Below are positions 62,835-64,000 of a stretch of 64,000 nt of DNA, in pieces. This stretch comes from Thermoplasmata archaeon. GTDB taxonomy: Archaea > Thermoplasmatota > Thermoplasmata > Lutacidiplasmatales > UBA184. How positions within the stretch are numbered: the stretch's first letter is position 1; each line of letters begins with the position of its first letter. A model generated the notes under the pieces. The model was given only the letters and a program-made list of their open reading frames with translations. It made no database searches and had not been told where the DNA came from. The stretch is taken from the NCBI GenBank assembly GCA_052326305.1, contig JBKQPJ010000015.1, positions 35,208 through 99,207 on the forward strand, given 5' to 3'. A program made the translations under genes and the position numbers.

Positions 62835-63812
62835 ATGAGTCTGCATGCCCGTGGGCACCGTGTCTGCCGGGCCCGAGCGACCGCGGTCCGGACCGGCCGG
62901 TCACGCCATTCCGTGCCGCGCCGTTCGTGGCGCCACCGGGGCCGCAAGGCCCAGGTATCGGCCGTGGCGACGATCCTCGCGCTCATGCTTCTCGTGACGT
63001 TCATCGCGAACTACCTGACGACGACCCTCCCGCAGACGATGTCGGTGAACGACATCAACCACGACCTCGTCGTCCAGAACGAGGTCGGTCGGTTCGCCGC
63101 CCTCCTCTCCCAAGCCGCGTCGAACGGCGCGGTCGGCGCGGAGCTCACCCAGCCGTTCGTCCTCGGTTCGGTCGGCCAACCGCCGTTCGCCCAGCAGGAC
63201 GGGAGCTCGATCGCCCCGGTGATCACCGGCTCGAAGGAGACGGTCGGCTTCGCGCTCGCCGGCGCGACCGGGGCATCGATCTTCCAGGTCTCGACCGGGG
63301 CGGCGTTCTTCGTCCAGCTCCACAACACGTACGCCCCCATCGCGGAGGTCGCGTTCGACTACGGCGGCGTCATCTTCACCCAGCAGAGCGGGATCCCGGC
63401 CATGATCGACCCCCCACCGATCACGGTCACCGGCACCGGTTCCGCCAAGGCGGCGACGATCTGGATGCCCGTCTTCACGTCGGCGCTCGCTACCGAGGGG
63501 GGCATCGGCACCGCGATTCTCACCGTGCGGCTGACCTCCGTCACTACCCAGAGCTTCCCCGCGGGCGGTCTGACGCTCACCTCCGCCGGGGTCACGGTCA
63601 CCGTCACGACCCCGTTCTCCGCCGCTTGGATGGCGTACCTCCACTCGAACAGCGCGTTCGCCGGCGATGCGACGTGCACCCCGGCCGCCTCGTCGGTCTG
63701 TTCGACCTCGGGAACCTTCTCGCTGTACGGCCCGCTCGGGACGGTCAAGATCTCGTTGCCCGTGGCCAGCGTCACGCTCGAGGTCGCGACGTTCTCGATC
63801 TCCCTCTCCTAG
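62835..63812 (+). CDS. Archaeal type IV pilin-like / class III signal peptide protein
   Basis: RGRKAQVSAVATILALMLLVTFIANYL has a basic stretch, a KAQ-like cleavage context and a hydrophobic helix. The rest is Thr/Ser/Ala/Gly-rich and beta-like. The true start may be the internal GTG near 62913, which would give an 11 aa leader. AATAAATA at 62794-62801 is an upstream TATA. Confidence 0.5.
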   Translation: MSLHARGHRVCRARATAVRTGRSRHSVPRRSWRHRGRKAQVSAVATILALMLLVTFIANYLTTTLPQTMSVNDINHDLVVQNEVGRFAALLSQAASNGAVGAELTQPFVLGSVGQPPFAQQDGSSIAPVITGSKETVGFALAGATGASIFQVSTGAAFFVQLHNTYAPIAEVAFDYGGVIFTQQSGIPAMIDPPPITVTGTGSAKAATIWMPVFTSALATEGGIGTAILTVRLTSVTTQSFPAGGLTLTSAGVTVTVTTPFSAAWMAYLHSNSAFAGDATCTPAASSVCSTSGTFSLYGPLGTVKISLPVASVTLEVATFSISLS

Positions 63813-64000
63813 AGACGGGCCTCCGGGCGCCGCGCTCGCCGGCAGGGTCGGGCCGAGGACCCGCCCTTCCCCCCCTCACCCACACTCACCCGATCCGAAG
63901 GGCCCGGGGGGGCGTTCGGCCGGCCCCCGGCGGGACTCGCACCGCGACCTCTCGGGGATCCCCGGCCCATCTCCCCCGGTGGGAGGAGCGGCGGCCCCAT

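Noticed and set aside
1-64000. CRISPR arrays and tRNA/rRNA genes.
   Set aside because: No regularly spaced direct repeats and no cloverleaf candidates were found by eye. The Cas4-like gene is solitary.
1-64000. Actinobacterial origin, suggested by about 70% GC and NiSOD.
   Set aside because: RadA, L7Ae/S28e/L24e, archaeal TyrRS, archaeal MetAP2, and TATA boxes at about -27 in front of many genes indicate an archaeon.

Overview
The window is 64 kb of high-GC (roughly 70%) archaeal chromosome. The archaeal call rests on RadA, the L7Ae-S28e-L24e-Ndk ribosomal cluster, an archaeal-type TyrRS, and A/T-rich TATA boxes about 25-35 bp upstream of many start codons. Coding density is high. The six-frame track includes many long antisense ORFs that I treat as GC-driven artefacts.

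Main content, in order:
- A proline/amino-acid catabolism cluster: two heteromeric FAD oxidase alpha/beta pairs flanking a P5C dehydrogenase.
- An Fe-ADH, a PhoU-type regulator, and an HxlR regulator.
- A large FtsK/HerA-like P-loop ATPase next to an RNA 2',3'-cyclic phosphodiesterase and an AlkA-like glycosylase.
- A heavily N-glycosylation-sequon-rich surface protein.
- glyA, an unusual KaiC-like ATPase with a coiled-coil, tyrS, and a dienelactone hydrolase.
- A lower-GC island of about 13 kb (about 26.45-39.6 kb) inserted just upstream of the L7Ae promoter and bounded by imperfect direct repeats. It carries an IS (SWIM-DDE transposase), a candidate type II R-M pair (C5-methyltransferase plus convergent unknown ORF), Vsr, a two-gene signalling module (paraMORC-like GHKL ATPase fused to a histidine kinase, plus a receiver fused to an unknown effector), a second C5-methyltransferase, an ASCH protein, a small ORF preceding a hairpin+T-run (possible terminator), and a three-gene operon of unknowns.
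- Housekeeping genes: a frameshifted Cas4-like nuclease, Ndk, TsaC, MetAP, malic enzyme, purC, radA, a Mod/Wtp ABC transporter with a ModE-like regulator, Ni-SOD (sodN/sodX), hutH, mutY, thioredoxin, purH, and a pilin-like protein.

The best candidate for a new system is the vsr / paraMORC-HK / REC-effector / dcm operon.
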